Source: a virus (Duplodnaviria; Caudoviricetes). Taken from it: DNA of 64,000 bases. The position numbers and the translations under genes were made by a program. Positions 1 to 9,757 of the stretch are shown here, piece by piece (the first letter of the stretch is position 1; each line of letters opens with the position of its first letter). The notes below the pieces were generated by a model. That model worked only from the letters and a program-made list of their open reading frames with translations, was not told the origin of the DNA and ran no database searches. The stretch covers positions 64,001 through 128,000 of IMG/VR virus record IMGVR_UViG_3300013121_000044; one strand, written 5' to 3'.

Positions 1-1367
1 GTACCCGCTTCGGACGTGGTCGTGAGGGTGAGATGCGTGGCGATGCGGGTGAGGGTGTCGCTCACGTCGTCTGCCGGAAGCGTCGGGACAGACGGGGGGA
101 TACCGTCCGCGCTCCAGGGAGCGCCCCCTTCGTAGCCCACCAGCGACGCACCATCCGCGAGGAGAGTGGTAGACCGCAGGGCTGCGTAGGTTGTTCGGCT
201 CTCGCCGAGCTGCAAGGTCTCCCCGGGCGCAACGCGCGTGCCGTCGATGAAGACAAACTCCCCACCGATCACCTTCCCGATCGGCACCGCGCCGGGGATC
301 TTCTCGGGCTCGCGGCCCGTGACGAAGAGCGCCCAACCGGCGGCGGGCGTCGTGTTCTGCGAGAAAGCACCTGCGCGGTCCGTGGGGTAGTCCCAGATCG
401 ACTGCCGCCGTCCTCCTTGTGGAGTCACCCCCGCGCGGTTCACAGGGCCTTGGGGGTAGCCCAAGGCGAGTCCCTCGCCTTCCGCGAGACGGTTGATCTG
501 TGCCCCACCTCCGTCAACCGCCGCGAAGAAGGCGTCGAACTGCGCCTTGGTGATCTCGTGCGCTTCCGCGTCGTATGCGCCTTGCACGACGCCGTTCGTA
601 AACGGAATGGGGGCGTTGGTCGTCACTCCGGTGGACGACGCCCGGAGGAAGTCGGCAACTCCGTATGCTCCTTGCGAAGTGCGGTCGTTGTTGATGTAGG
701 AGATCAGGTCTGCGAGCGTCGTCGGTGTGCCTGCCGTCCCGTACGTGATGCGGATCCGTACGCGAGGCTCGCCCTCGATCACAGCGGTGATGCCGGGAAC
801 GCCTCCGGCCACCGCCGGGTCTGCGATCAGCGTGACCACCGTGCGGTTCGCTCCGGTCGTGCGCCCGCCCGGGGTTGTCGTGAAGTTGTCCGCGTCCGCG
901 TAACCACGCTGGCCGGTGTATTGCCGGTGTGCGGTGAGGATGAGGTCGTCCACGGCGGGCGTGCCGGAGTAGGCCGTCCAGGCGCCGGCCGCCGAGGGGT
1001 TTGCGCAGAATACCCGCCCCCCTTGCCAGCGTCCGCCGCTCTGGCGGCCCGGGGAGAGGGCTGGGTAGACCCACAGGCTCCCGGCGCTCGCCAGCGTGAG
1101 CTCGTAGGCCCCGGCGGCGGGTTCCGAGAACGTCAGCGCCGCGTCGGCGCGAAGCAGGAGAGCCCGGTCGTAATCCGCGAAGTAGTTCGCCGTCTCCAGC
1201 CCTTGACGGAGGGTCTCCGTCCGAACCCGGAGGTTGTCGATGGGCCGATTGTCGTTGTCCGCCCAGACCGCCTCCGTGTTGGAGAGGGGCTGGACGGAAT
1301 TGGCGTCGTTGTCCCCCGTGTCGGAGCCGCGCCGGAAGGAAACCAGTTCGTCGTAGAGCTTCGCCAT
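1..1367 (-). CDS. Tail fibre / virion structural protein (truncated at window edge)
   Basis: My own translation from ATG at 1367 (MAKLYDELVSFRRGSDTGDND...NRPIDNLRVRTETLRQ...) stays open to base 1, so it is absent from the ORF track. The NRP..L..RT..L motif resembles tail-fibre N-termini, and it lies downstream of baseplate genes. Confidence 0.7.
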   Translation of the reverse strand, partial: MAKLYDELVSFRRGSDTGDNDANSVQPLSNTEAVWADNDNRPIDNLRVRTETLRQGLETANYFADYDRALLLRADAALTFSEPAAGAYELTLASAGSLWVYPALSPGRQSGGRWQGGRVFCANPSAAGAWTAYSGTPAVDDLILTAHRQYTGQRGYADADNFTTTPGGRTTGANRTVVTLIADPAVAGGVPGITAVIEGEPRVRIRITYGTAGTPTTLADLISYINNDRTSQGAYGVADFLRASSTGVTTNAPIPFTNGVVQGAYDAEAHEITKAQFDAFFAAVDGGGAQINRLAEGEGLALGYPQGPVNRAGVTPQGGRRQSIWDYPTDRAGAFSQNTTPAAGWALFVTGREPEKIPGAVPIGKVIGGEFVFIDGTRVAPGETLQLGESRTTYAALRSTTLLADGASLVGYEGGAPWSADGIPPSVPTLPADDVSDTLTRIATHLTLTTTSEAG

Positions 1368-1374
1368 GATGCCT

Positions 1375-1872
1375 TCACGAGGTAACCGCGACGCGCCACG
1401 TGTACGTGACCGTCAGGAGTGCGGTCTTCGCAACCGCCGGGTGAACCTGCCGCGCGAAGAGGTCCCCGTTCGCGAGAACGAGACCCACTTCGCGCAAGGT
1501 CGAGCTATTCCCCTGCGAGGTCGAGAGGGTGCCGGTGATGACGAGCTCCCGGGAGGGGGCGTTGACCGCGAGGTTCGGGGCCGTCAGGTCGATCTGGTCC
1601 GAGGGACCCAGCGCCGCCCCGAGAGCGATGTCTCCCACCGTGGGTGGGGTGCCGTTCGTGCCCGGGGCGAGCTTCCCCGGGGATCCGCCAATCGAGGCGG
1701 CGCCCCCAAGCGCTTGCGCCAGGAGCTGCAACATCGCAACGTGACCCACGTACGTGATCGTGTTCCGAATCGCGATACGGCGTACGATTTCGCCTTCCTG
1801 ACGGACCACGAGTTCGATGTCCCCGCGCAGCGGGAGGCGCGCGGTCATCGCGAGGGAGCGGCGCTTTGTCAC
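1375..1872 (-). CDS. Tail-collar / tail-fibre connector protein
   Basis: LREVGLVLANGDLFARQVHPAVAKT..LTVTYTWRV resembles the tail-collar fibre N-terminal fold; synteny with baseplate genes. Confidence 0.7.
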   Translation of the reverse strand: MTKRRSLAMTARLPLRGDIELVVRQEGEIVRRIAIRNTITYVGHVAMLQLLAQALGGAASIGGSPGKLAPGTNGTPPTVGDIALGAALGPSDQIDLTAPNLAVNAPSRELVITGTLSTSQGNSSTLREVGLVLANGDLFARQVHPAVAKTALLTVTYTWRVAVTS

Positions 1873-4800
1873 GGGCCAAGAGTAAGCTGGACGGCCCGAT
1901 CCACCAACCCCGTAACCTCCGGGTTCTGGTCCGCGCCGCGCACGAACGTGGGGTCCGTTCCGCCGTATACGATCGCGGTCTCCCCCGGATCGTGAGGGTC
2001 CGACGGCGCGAGCACGCGGCGGATACAGTCGACGTAGAAGAGATCCACCGGGTTCGGCGTGATCGTGACACCGCCGGTCACCTTGACGGTCCCCGCCGTG
2101 TAGTCCACCGTGTAGTCGGTACCCTCGATAGGCCGCCGACCCCCTACGCGCGCGGCGGGGTCGAAAGCTACTTTCACCAGAGTGCGGACCGCTGTAGGTC
2201 CCGCAGGCAGCACCGTGGGCAGCGCCTGTACGAGTCCGGGCGTAGGCGTGAAGGACGTGGAACGAGCTACGAATCGGTAGCAGTCCCCGTAGCGGAGGAG
2301 GCTCGTAGGGGCGTACGTCGCTTGGGCGTTCGGGAAACGGAGGAGGTCTTCGAGGTGGTGGTTCAGGTCAAGCTCCACCGACTCGTCTACGTCGAGGACA
2401 TCGCGAAAAGATGTGAGGGTCTCGAAGAAGACGAACACGTGCGAAGGCTTCGCGGTTTTGACGACACGGAGGGTGTCTTCCAGGAGTTCGGTGGAGAGAC
2501 CCCCCGACGGATCTACGCGTACCTGGACCGAGTGATATTTGAGGTGGCGGTCCATCAGAATGAACGCCACGGTGCGCCGGTAAACGATCGGGGGCAGCTC
2601 CGCAGACAGAGTCTGCGGCGGGACCACGCCGTCGGCCTCGGGCGGTGGGAACCGCTCCAGGCGCAACGTCACGCCGTCACTCTCAACGCCGCGCACCCGG
2701 AAGTGTCCCCTGAAACCCGGCGTCGAAACGACGAGGTGCTGGCCCACGTCACGGGCACGTGCACCTTGAACCCCCGGCGCGAACGACAAGACGACCCGGT
2801 CGCCGCCATACCAGATCACGTCTCCAGCCCTGCGGGCGCTGGACCTGCCCTCGTCGTCGCCCCCATAGAAGAGGCCCTCGTCCCCCACTTGGGCGCCGTC
2901 GAGTGACCCGTACACGTGTTCGACGAGTTCTGGCGTGACCGTGCGGCGTGACCCCGAACCCGGCATGAGTTCCTCGGGAATCGTGACGCGGTGCCACCAC
3001 GTGGGGTCCTCCAGGTAGTCCACGACCCGGAAGGCGCGCGTGAGCGCCTCGAAAGCTCCGAAGGTGAGGATCCCGCGAGACGCCGCGTCCATCACGTCCG
3101 TCCGCATCGGGACGCCGATCGGGATGTCGTAGAAGGCCCGCGTGGTTGTGACTCGTTGCACCCCGGTGCGAGAGAGCTTCCACGTCACGGACACTTCGTC
3201 CACGAAGCCGTACGCCGTATCGAGGACGACGGTCAGAGGGTCGTCCAGCGATGTGATGCGAAACACCCCCCGATTGTGCGCGTGCGTGCCGCTCGCCAGG
3301 AGAATGGAGGCGCCTACGTCGGCCTCCGTGAACCGGTAGCTCCCTCCGACGCGAAGACGGTCCGAAAGAACGGGGTGACGGAAGTCCCATTGGAGAGCGG
3401 CTCCGTCTTGAGGGACGGGGGACACCTCGACCGTCGACGCGTTCACGTACGCCGAGACCACGTAGGACTCGACACGACCCTCCCGGGTCACGCGCAAATT
3501 TGCGCCCACGTCCGTCGCCAGGAACGGAACAGACGCCGAGGTGAAACGGGAGGTGCTGTGGATCAAGACCCCGTCATGTCCGAGCGCCATCCCATACAGG
3601 GAGCCGTCGCCCCCGGAGGCTGTTACACCGTCGTCGTAACTCGCGAGGACCTCTCCGTCATCGCGGATGAGGGGCAGCTCAGCGACGGCGTTGAGCGCGC
3701 TCTCAAACCGATCGAAGGTGGGTCCGAGGAGGAACAGCCGCGACACGGCACGGAGGAATACGCGGTACGCCTCGGACGTGGCGCGCGGACGATCGAGGAG
3801 ACTCCCGAAGTTCCGGTAGAGGCGCTCCTCGTCGACGAGCGCGTCCGTGGCCCACGCGCCGATCTCGCGCACCGCATGAGGCACAGCGAAGGCAGCAGGT
3901 TCGCGGAAGGTCGCGTAACGGGTAGCGTCGACGGAACCGTCGGAGGTGTGGGAGCGCCGCACGACGCGTACTACGGTCCCGTCCAAGACCAGATCACCTT
4001 CGACGTACGCCCTCGGGGAGACGTATGCGCCGCGCCACGCGTGGGTTCGCCGCAACCGCGCGAGACGCCAGGAGTAGGAGGCCCGCGCGGGGCGCGCAGG
4101 GTCCCACGCGCTGAGTGCAGTCACGGCGCCATCGTCCGCGTCGAGCAGATAGTCGACTCCGGGCAACACCGCGCCGCCCGCCGGGTGCACGGTGGCGACG
4201 CCATCTGCGTCGACGGTGGTGCGCGCCACGGCGCGCCGTGCGGCGATCTCCACGGTCCCGGGCTGAACGTAGGTGTGTGGCAGCGTGAGACGGGGCGGCG
4301 ACCCCGACACCGAAGGCGTATAAGTGACGCGGTGGACGCGGGCGCGCGCGGCAGCGGTGAAGGGCGCGGGGCTCACGAGGGCTACGCGCCCGGCCCCGGT
4401 GGGCGTGGTGACGCCGTAGAGTCCGTCGTAACGTGGGTCCGAGGGCACGGTGAGGTACACGTAACCGACGCCCAGGTCGTCCCAGCGGGAGGCGTCGAAC
4501 CCGAGCCCGCTTGTGTGGGCTGCCTTGGCGCGACGAAGGGTGCCCCCCTGGTCGACCAAGGCGCCCTCGGCGTACGCCGTACTGGGAGCCCAAGGTCCGA
4601 CGTAGGCGGGCTCTGCTGAGAAGTTGAGCTCCCGCGTGGAAGCCACGGTCGACGCGTCTTCGGCTCCGGGGGTGATGCGGCGCACGTCCGTGGGGTGCGC
4701 GGGGAGGGGTCTTCCCACCACGTCCGGGTCGTAGGGTCGCCGCAAAACCGTCACCTCGGCGCCGCGTCGTGCCACGGTTTGCTGGAGGAGAGCGGGTGCT

Positions 4801-5405
4801 TCCCCGAGATGCAAGACCGCGCCGACGACGCCGGTTACGGGGGCTTCGGCCTCTCCGCCGCCTACGCGGAGACGCACGATGTCGCCTGGGAGCACACCGG
4901 TCCAGGCTCGCCCCAACGGGTCCTCCCACACCGAGGGGCTCGTCACCTGGACGACGCGAGTCGGGAAGAAGGGCAGCGGACCGCCTTGCCCGTCCGCATC
5001 GAAAGGGTTCGTGCGGAACGCGACGACTCCTCGTTCAACGCTGTAATCCCGCCCCTCCGTCAAGAACGCCGTAGGCACCAGCACCCGGTTGGTGAGGTAT
5101 TCGGCCGACGCGAGGCCGTCGCCGACCTCCACCAGGAACCGATCTTCGTCGGGCGTCTCGCCCTCCCGATAGGTGAGCCGGTCCTCGCGCAGAGGGCATC
5201 CTTTGAAGAACACGCGATCGTAGAGGGGCAGATCCCTCAGGCTTACACCGAGCGCGGCTTCGAGGAGGCTTTGATAGAGCTGCGCGGCGTCGAGCGCCAG
5301 CGCGTCCGCGTACGCGTCGAGGAACGCTCGGTCCTTGAAGAACGCGCTCCAGAAGTCCGACAGGGCGCGGAGAAACGTACGGGCTCCGGAGGGAGTCAGA
5401 GGCAC
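1869..5405 (-). CDS. Large baseplate wedge-like structural protein
   Basis: 1178 aa, directly after the baseplate J-like gene; C-terminal LRVVKTAKPSHV resembles the gpI/gp7-type 'KPAH' motif. Confidence 0.6.
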   Translation of the reverse strand: MPLTPSGARTFLRALSDFWSAFFKDRAFLDAYADALALDAAQLYQSLLEAALGVSLRDLPLYDRVFFKGCPLREDRLTYREGETPDEDRFLVEVGDGLASAEYLTNRVLVPTAFLTEGRDYSVERGVVAFRTNPFDADGQGGPLPFFPTRVVQVTSPSVWEDPLGRAWTGVLPGDIVRLRVGGGEAEAPVTGVVGAVLHLGEAPALLQQTVARRGAEVTVLRRPYDPDVVGRPLPAHPTDVRRITPGAEDASTVASTRELNFSAEPAYVGPWAPSTAYAEGALVDQGGTLRRAKAAHTSGLGFDASRWDDLGVGYVYLTVPSDPRYDGLYGVTTPTGAGRVALVSPAPFTAAARARVHRVTYTPSVSGSPPRLTLPHTYVQPGTVEIAARRAVARTTVDADGVATVHPAGGAVLPGVDYLLDADDGAVTALSAWDPARPARASYSWRLARLRRTHAWRGAYVSPRAYVEGDLVLDGTVVRVVRRSHTSDGSVDATRYATFREPAAFAVPHAVREIGAWATDALVDEERLYRNFGSLLDRPRATSEAYRVFLRAVSRLFLLGPTFDRFESALNAVAELPLIRDDGEVLASYDDGVTASGGDGSLYGMALGHDGVLIHSTSRFTSASVPFLATDVGANLRVTREGRVESYVVSAYVNASTVEVSPVPQDGAALQWDFRHPVLSDRLRVGGSYRFTEADVGASILLASGTHAHNRGVFRITSLDDPLTVVLDTAYGFVDEVSVTWKLSRTGVQRVTTTRAFYDIPIGVPMRTDVMDAASRGILTFGAFEALTRAFRVVDYLEDPTWWHRVTIPEELMPGSGSRRTVTPELVEHVYGSLDGAQVGDEGLFYGGDDEGRSSARRAGDVIWYGGDRVVLSFAPGVQGARARDVGQHLVVSTPGFRGHFRVRGVESDGVTLRLERFPPPEADGVVPPQTLSAELPPIVYRRTVAFILMDRHLKYHSVQVRVDPSGGLSTELLEDTLRVVKTAKPSHVFVFFETLTSFRDVLDVDESVELDLNHHLEDLLRFPNAQATYAPTSLLRYGDCYRFVARSTSFTPTPGLVQALPTVLPAGPTAVRTLVKVAFDPAARVGGRRPIEGTDYTVDYTAGTVKVTGGVTITPNPVDLFYVDCIRRVLAPSDPHDPGETAIVYGGTDPTFVRGADQNPEVTGLVDRAVQLTLGP

Positions 5406-5408
5406 GCG

Positions 5409-7418
5409 TCACCGCCTTTCCAGCGACACGTTCGCCACGGACGCGCGGTACCGTACCACGCGATCGGAGAGGCCCATGTCGGAGAGCAGTTTTCGGAGCG
5501 CGGGTTTGTAGTCGTTCGGCAGCCCGAGGTCTGCGTAGTTCTCCAACACCGCGTTCGAGGTGTCCGACGGTGCGAGCTCCACCGAGTCGGGCGTGCGGTA
5601 TCGTGCGACCCTCCCGTCCGGGAGGATGAGCTCGTAGAGGAGCTCGAAGGGGAAGACGAGCTTGATGGTGTCTTGCGCGGCGCGCGCTGCGACACTCCCC
5701 ACACTCCCCGCGTCGAGACCTTCCGGAGGCGCAGATTCGACGTACGCGCTGACGGCGGACGCCACCGCGTCTTCGTCCACGACGAACGTGGTCGAACCTG
5801 ACACCGTTCTTGTGGTCTGTGGACGATAGGGGATGGAGCAGGAGACGTACACGGGGTGATGCGCGCGGGCCAGTGCGTTCGAGGCCAGGGTGCGTTCGGA
5901 TCGGCTGGACACGAGCTCTGCGACGGCCCCGAAACCCACCGGGGTTTCGTACGTCACGAGGACCTCGGTCCCCGCGAGCGCCTCACCGGGCCAGCCGAGT
6001 TCCAACCGTGTCACGGCACGCGCGGACTGTGCTTCCATCGGGTTTTCAACGACGACACGATAGGAGAGAGGCTCCCCCGGACGCGGCGCCCGAGCCCAGG
6101 GGCCGTTCCGTCGCGTCGTGTAATACGTCGACCCGGTGACAGGATCGGCGAAAGGAGCAAGCGCCGCAGGAGGTGAGGGCACCTCGATTGCGCGGATGGC
6201 GTAGACCGGACCCCCCGGCAGAAAAGCGCACCCGTCCTGCCGGATGCTCCGGGACGTGGTCGCCGTTGCCCGCGTCCCCGCGCTCACGTGATTGTCGAAG
6301 AGCGGATAGTTATCTCCGATCGAGTACGTGAGGGCGGGAGGTGACGGGAGTTCGTCAGTCGCAGTGGAGAAGGGCACCGAGGGTACTACGTCGAACTCGT
6401 CGTCGCGTACCGCGTGAATGCGGTAGTGAACCGGCGCCTCCGGAAGGCCCGCCGCGAGAACCAGCACGTCCCCCACTCGCACCCCCGACGCCAGAAAGGA
6501 CCCCGAGGGGGGTGCGGTGTCCCGGAATGTGAGCACCTTGCCGTCCGCCCGAGGGCTTGCCGCGCCCACGACGACGCGAACCGTGACTTGATGAAGCGGG
6601 AGACGAACGTACACGTCGGAGTGCCCGAGGACATGAACCCCAGGACTACCTGCCGCGCGATCGCGTGCCATCTCGGGGTCGCCTGCCCCGACCGTAAGCA
6701 CCTCGCTTACCTCCGGGAACGCTTCTCGAAGTCTCGCGTCATTCGAGCGGTCGTTCACGAGCGCTCGGAGAGACAAGGCCGTCGGGGCACGCGCGATGGC
6801 CGACGCGGCGGTCTCTACGTCGAGTCCCCCAGCGAAGTCGACGGGGTTCTCTACGTAGACGAGGTAAGGACTGAACGGGTCGACTCCGTGGAAGCGCCCT
6901 TCCCCCGTGTTATAGGCGACTCCCGTGCGTGCTGCGATAAGCGGCACGTCACACGCCCACGTCGACACGGCGCCCTGCGCGTCGTACACCGGGCGGAGAT
7001 TGCTTGCGGGAACGAAAAGATCCGTCGCGGAGTTCAGGAAGAAGACCAACGCGCGTGTCTTGAAGAAGCGGGCGTTTCGCGGGACGAGCGTGTCGGCGCG
7101 CGTGGAGAAGTGCACCGTCGCGAAGCCCCGGGCGAAGGATCCGCGATCCCGCGCGATGACGAGATTCGAGAGGAGCGCATCCGTCGCGTCGTCCGTCTCG
7201 GCCCCCGGGGGCGCTCGTTGGAGATCACGAAGCGAGTGGCGTGTGCGAAGCGTCTCGATCTGAGCGTGGAGGTCCGCGAAGAGGATCGCGTGGGCGTCCA
7301 CGACGAGGTCGCCGAGCACCGTCTGCGCGTCGTAATCGCCGTCCGGAATCCTCGTCTGGAGGACGTTTCGGGCGCGCGCGGCAGCTTCGGCGGCTTGAAT
7401 AGGGGTGAGGGCGGCCAC
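5409..7418 (-). CDS. Baseplate J / gp6-like wedge protein
   Basis: RGSFARG.ATVHF, 'AARTGVAYN' and 'FAGGLDVET..SAIARA' motifs typical of baseplate J family. Confidence 0.8.
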   Translation of the reverse strand: MAALTPIQAAEAAARARNVLQTRIPDGDYDAQTVLGDLVVDAHAILFADLHAQIETLRTRHSLRDLQRAPPGAETDDATDALLSNLVIARDRGSFARGFATVHFSTRADTLVPRNARFFKTRALVFFLNSATDLFVPASNLRPVYDAQGAVSTWACDVPLIAARTGVAYNTGEGRFHGVDPFSPYLVYVENPVDFAGGLDVETAASAIARAPTALSLRALVNDRSNDARLREAFPEVSEVLTVGAGDPEMARDRAAGSPGVHVLGHSDVYVRLPLHQVTVRVVVGAASPRADGKVLTFRDTAPPSGSFLASGVRVGDVLVLAAGLPEAPVHYRIHAVRDDEFDVVPSVPFSTATDELPSPPALTYSIGDNYPLFDNHVSAGTRATATTSRSIRQDGCAFLPGGPVYAIRAIEVPSPPAALAPFADPVTGSTYYTTRRNGPWARAPRPGEPLSYRVVVENPMEAQSARAVTRLELGWPGEALAGTEVLVTYETPVGFGAVAELVSSRSERTLASNALARAHHPVYVSCSIPYRPQTTRTVSGSTTFVVDEDAVASAVSAYVESAPPEGLDAGSVGSVAARAAQDTIKLVFPFELLYELILPDGRVARYRTPDSVELAPSDTSNAVLENYADLGLPNDYKPALRKLLSDMGLSDRVVRYRASVANVSLERR

Positions 7419-7427
7419 GGAATGAGG

Positions 7428-7865
7428 TTAACCCGGGGCGTACGGCAGGAGGAGCGGAACACGCTCGCGGGCCACGTTCGTGAGCTCCACCCAGAACTCA
7501 ACCCCCGCCGGGGGGAGCTCGACGAACTGCGCCAGCACCACCGTCAACACCCGTTCGTTCGCAGGGCGCGTAGGGGAGCGGCGATCCGAGGCGCGGAGCT
7601 GTTCGGTGGCGTCGTCGATCGCTTCGAGCACGTCCCCTTCCACGGAAGCGAGGTCCGCCACATTTCCGCTGATCAGGGAAGGGAAGAGCGTCCCCTCCTC
7701 TTTGCGCGTGGGGTGCGACCCCTTCGGCGTCATGAACAGCTTGAGCCAACGACTCGCCAGTTTCTGGACGCCCTCCACGGCGACGGGGGCGTCGCCCAGC
7801 GTGAAGAGGGCGCGCGCAGTCTGCGCCGACGGGTCAATCAACCGAATGTGGAGGTCCTTACTCAT
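7428..7865 (-). CDS. gp25/GPW-like baseplate wedge subunit
   Basis: 145 aa with GVQKL..RW.K..MTPKGS.P....EGT motif, immediately upstream of baseplate J. Confidence 0.75.
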   Translation of the reverse strand: MSKDLHIRLIDPSAQTARALFTLGDAPVAVEGVQKLASRWLKLFMTPKGSHPTRKEEGTLFPSLISGNVADLASVEGDVLEAIDDATEQLRASDRRSPTRPANERVLTVVLAQFVELPPAGVEFWVELTNVARERVPLLLPYAPG

Positions 7866-9034
7866 CCCGGTGACTCATCCCCCCAGAGCCCCGTCCGATA
7901 GTCGTAGACGTGGGGGCCCGTACCCTCCACGACGGGCAGGACCGGAGCGAGGCGTTCGGCGTTCGCGGCCGTCCCCGCAGCCTCCGCGTCGGCCCCCGCC
8001 TCCTGGTGCGAGACGCGCGCGCGCTCTACGAAGACGCGGCGCCGTGACACCTCCTGCATCCCGTCGCTTCGGTCAGCCGCCGCCACGTCGGCGTACGCCC
8101 CGAGGAGGAGCGTCGTCGCACCGAGGGTGTCTTCCGTGCCGAGAGCGGTTTGAGCCTCGGCCCGGCTCGCCGCAGCGGGGGGGTCTCTGCGGAACACCTC
8201 GGAGGCCACGTCGTAAAGGCCCTCGGCTTCAACCCGACGCGCGAGGTCCACCGCGAGGGGGGAGCCCGCGAGGAGCGGGGACGGTTGAGCGACCGCCAGG
8301 GGTTCGTCGGCGCGCGGGACGTAACGGATCCCATTTCCGACCGTGAGGTCGAGCCCCAGGTACGCAGAACCGAGCTTGGCGAACAGCACCGCCAGGGAGA
8401 CGAGCTGCGCGTCGGGGAAGGGCGCGATCTCGGGGCGGTCTCCCGCTCCTCGGCCCTTCCGCGCTGCGCATTCCACCGCTACGCATACGGCCGAGTCGCT
8501 CTCGGGCACAGGAGCCACACGCTCATCGAGCGGCGCCGCGACGTAGATCGCGCCGGATCGAGTCACGACCACGTGGTAACCGGGGCTCCCCCCCGCCGTG
8601 CGCATTGCGGCGAGGAGGCCCGCCGTCTTCTCCGCCACCGAGGTGTCGTCCGCGAAATCGGCGGGGGCGAGGTAGGTCTCATCGCCCGGGTACGGCGCGA
8701 GGCCCGGCGCGCCGGCTCGCCTTGTCGTTCGCACGGCACGATCTGCCGGGGACGCCCCCTCCAGACGCAGGAGGTCGCGCTGAAGGCCGTACGGAACGAG
8801 CAGGATCCGGTCCACGGCGCGCCCTTCGTTGCCGTCGTCGGGGAGGGCGTTGGCGGGGTCCAATACGGCGTACGCGAAGGGGAGGTCCGCGAGGAACCCC
8901 ACCTCCGAGAGCCAGCGGCCCGAGCGGGCCCGGGAGCGTGGGCGCACGTTCAGGTACACCGCCGCCCGACGTTCGCGCGTGCGCGCCTGATCGGTCAGGG
9001 CCGTTCGGAGGACTTCGGAGGCGCGGCCGGTCAT
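7862..9034 (-). CDS. Amidase_2/PGRP-fold protein, probably non-catalytic, virion associated
   Basis: GYHVVVTRSGAIY...SAVCVAVE...FPDAQLVSLAVL matches the N-acetylmuramoyl-L-alanine amidase core, but the Zn-ligand His residues are not apparent. Confidence 0.55.
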   Translation of the reverse strand: MTGRASEVLRTALTDQARTRERRAAVYLNVRPRSRARSGRWLSEVGFLADLPFAYAVLDPANALPDDGNEGRAVDRILLVPYGLQRDLLRLEGASPADRAVRTTRRAGAPGLAPYPGDETYLAPADFADDTSVAEKTAGLLAAMRTAGGSPGYHVVVTRSGAIYVAAPLDERVAPVPESDSAVCVAVECAARKGRGAGDRPEIAPFPDAQLVSLAVLFAKLGSAYLGLDLTVGNGIRYVPRADEPLAVAQPSPLLAGSPLAVDLARRVEAEGLYDVASEVFRRDPPAAASRAEAQTALGTEDTLGATTLLLGAYADVAAADRSDGMQEVSRRRVFVERARVSHQEAGADAEAAGTAANAERLAPVLPVVEGTGPHVYDYRTGLWGDESPG

Positions 9035-9049
9035 GAGAGGAGGTTAGGA

Positions 9050-9757
9050 CTATTGCCGAAGGCCCTGCGCCTTCACGAGCACGTCCTTGATCTTCCCCAG
9101 TTGATGCGAGAGCTGCCCTTGGGTGAGGCCCGTAGCCTTCATGATCTGCGGCCCCCGCAGGACGGGTGCGCCGCCGTACCCTGTACGGTGCTCGAAGATC
9201 TGGCGCTGGACCGGCGTCATGTCGTGCCACGCGAGGTGAACGACCTCGGGGTCGTCGAGGTGCTGGACGAACGAAGGGCCTTCGCCGGACTCCATGTACT
9301 CGCGCTTGGCCACCTCCGCCGAGAGCGCCTGAATGCGCGTCGGAGGCAGACGCATGTGGTCTGCGAGCTCCTCCAAGGAGGGAGGACGACCCAGTTGGTC
9401 TTCGAGCCTTGTCCGCTCGCGGTTGATGTTGTTGAAATCCAGGCGCTTCGCCTCCGGTACGGTGAGGATGGACTGCCGCGCGTACGCCGTACGGGAGAGC
9501 TTCATGAGGTGGTTCGTGACGTGACTCGCCAGCGCCGTGGGCGGCACGTGCTTCGGGTCATAGTCGTGAAATGCCTTGATCGCGAGGCGCTTGGCTTCGT
9601 TCTCCAACAGGAAGACAGGCGCAACACGACTCCAGCGCCCGACCTCGCGCCGGAGGATGGGCTCCATCTGGCGGAGGAGCGCGTCGAGGTCCGCTGAGGA
9701 TCCGGTCCGCTTCCACTGCTCCCAGAGGAGGATGTCCTTGCTCTTGGTCTCGTTCAT
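9050..9757 (-). CDS. Phage RNA polymerase sigma factor (sigma-70 family, FliA/WhiG-like layout)
   Basis: Region 2 (AIKAFHDYDP), region 3 (LEDQLGRPPSLEELADHM) and region 4 HTH (MTPVQRQIF...QIMKATGLTQGQLSH). Confidence 0.85.
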   Translation of the reverse strand: MNETKSKDILLWEQWKRTGSSADLDALLRQMEPILRREVGRWSRVAPVFLLENEAKRLAIKAFHDYDPKHVPPTALASHVTNHLMKLSRTAYARQSILTVPEAKRLDFNNINRERTRLEDQLGRPPSLEELADHMRLPPTRIQALSAEVAKREYMESGEGPSFVQHLDDPEVVHLAWHDMTPVQRQIFEHRTGYGGAPVLRGPQIMKATGLTQGQLSHQLGKIKDVLVKAQGLRQ

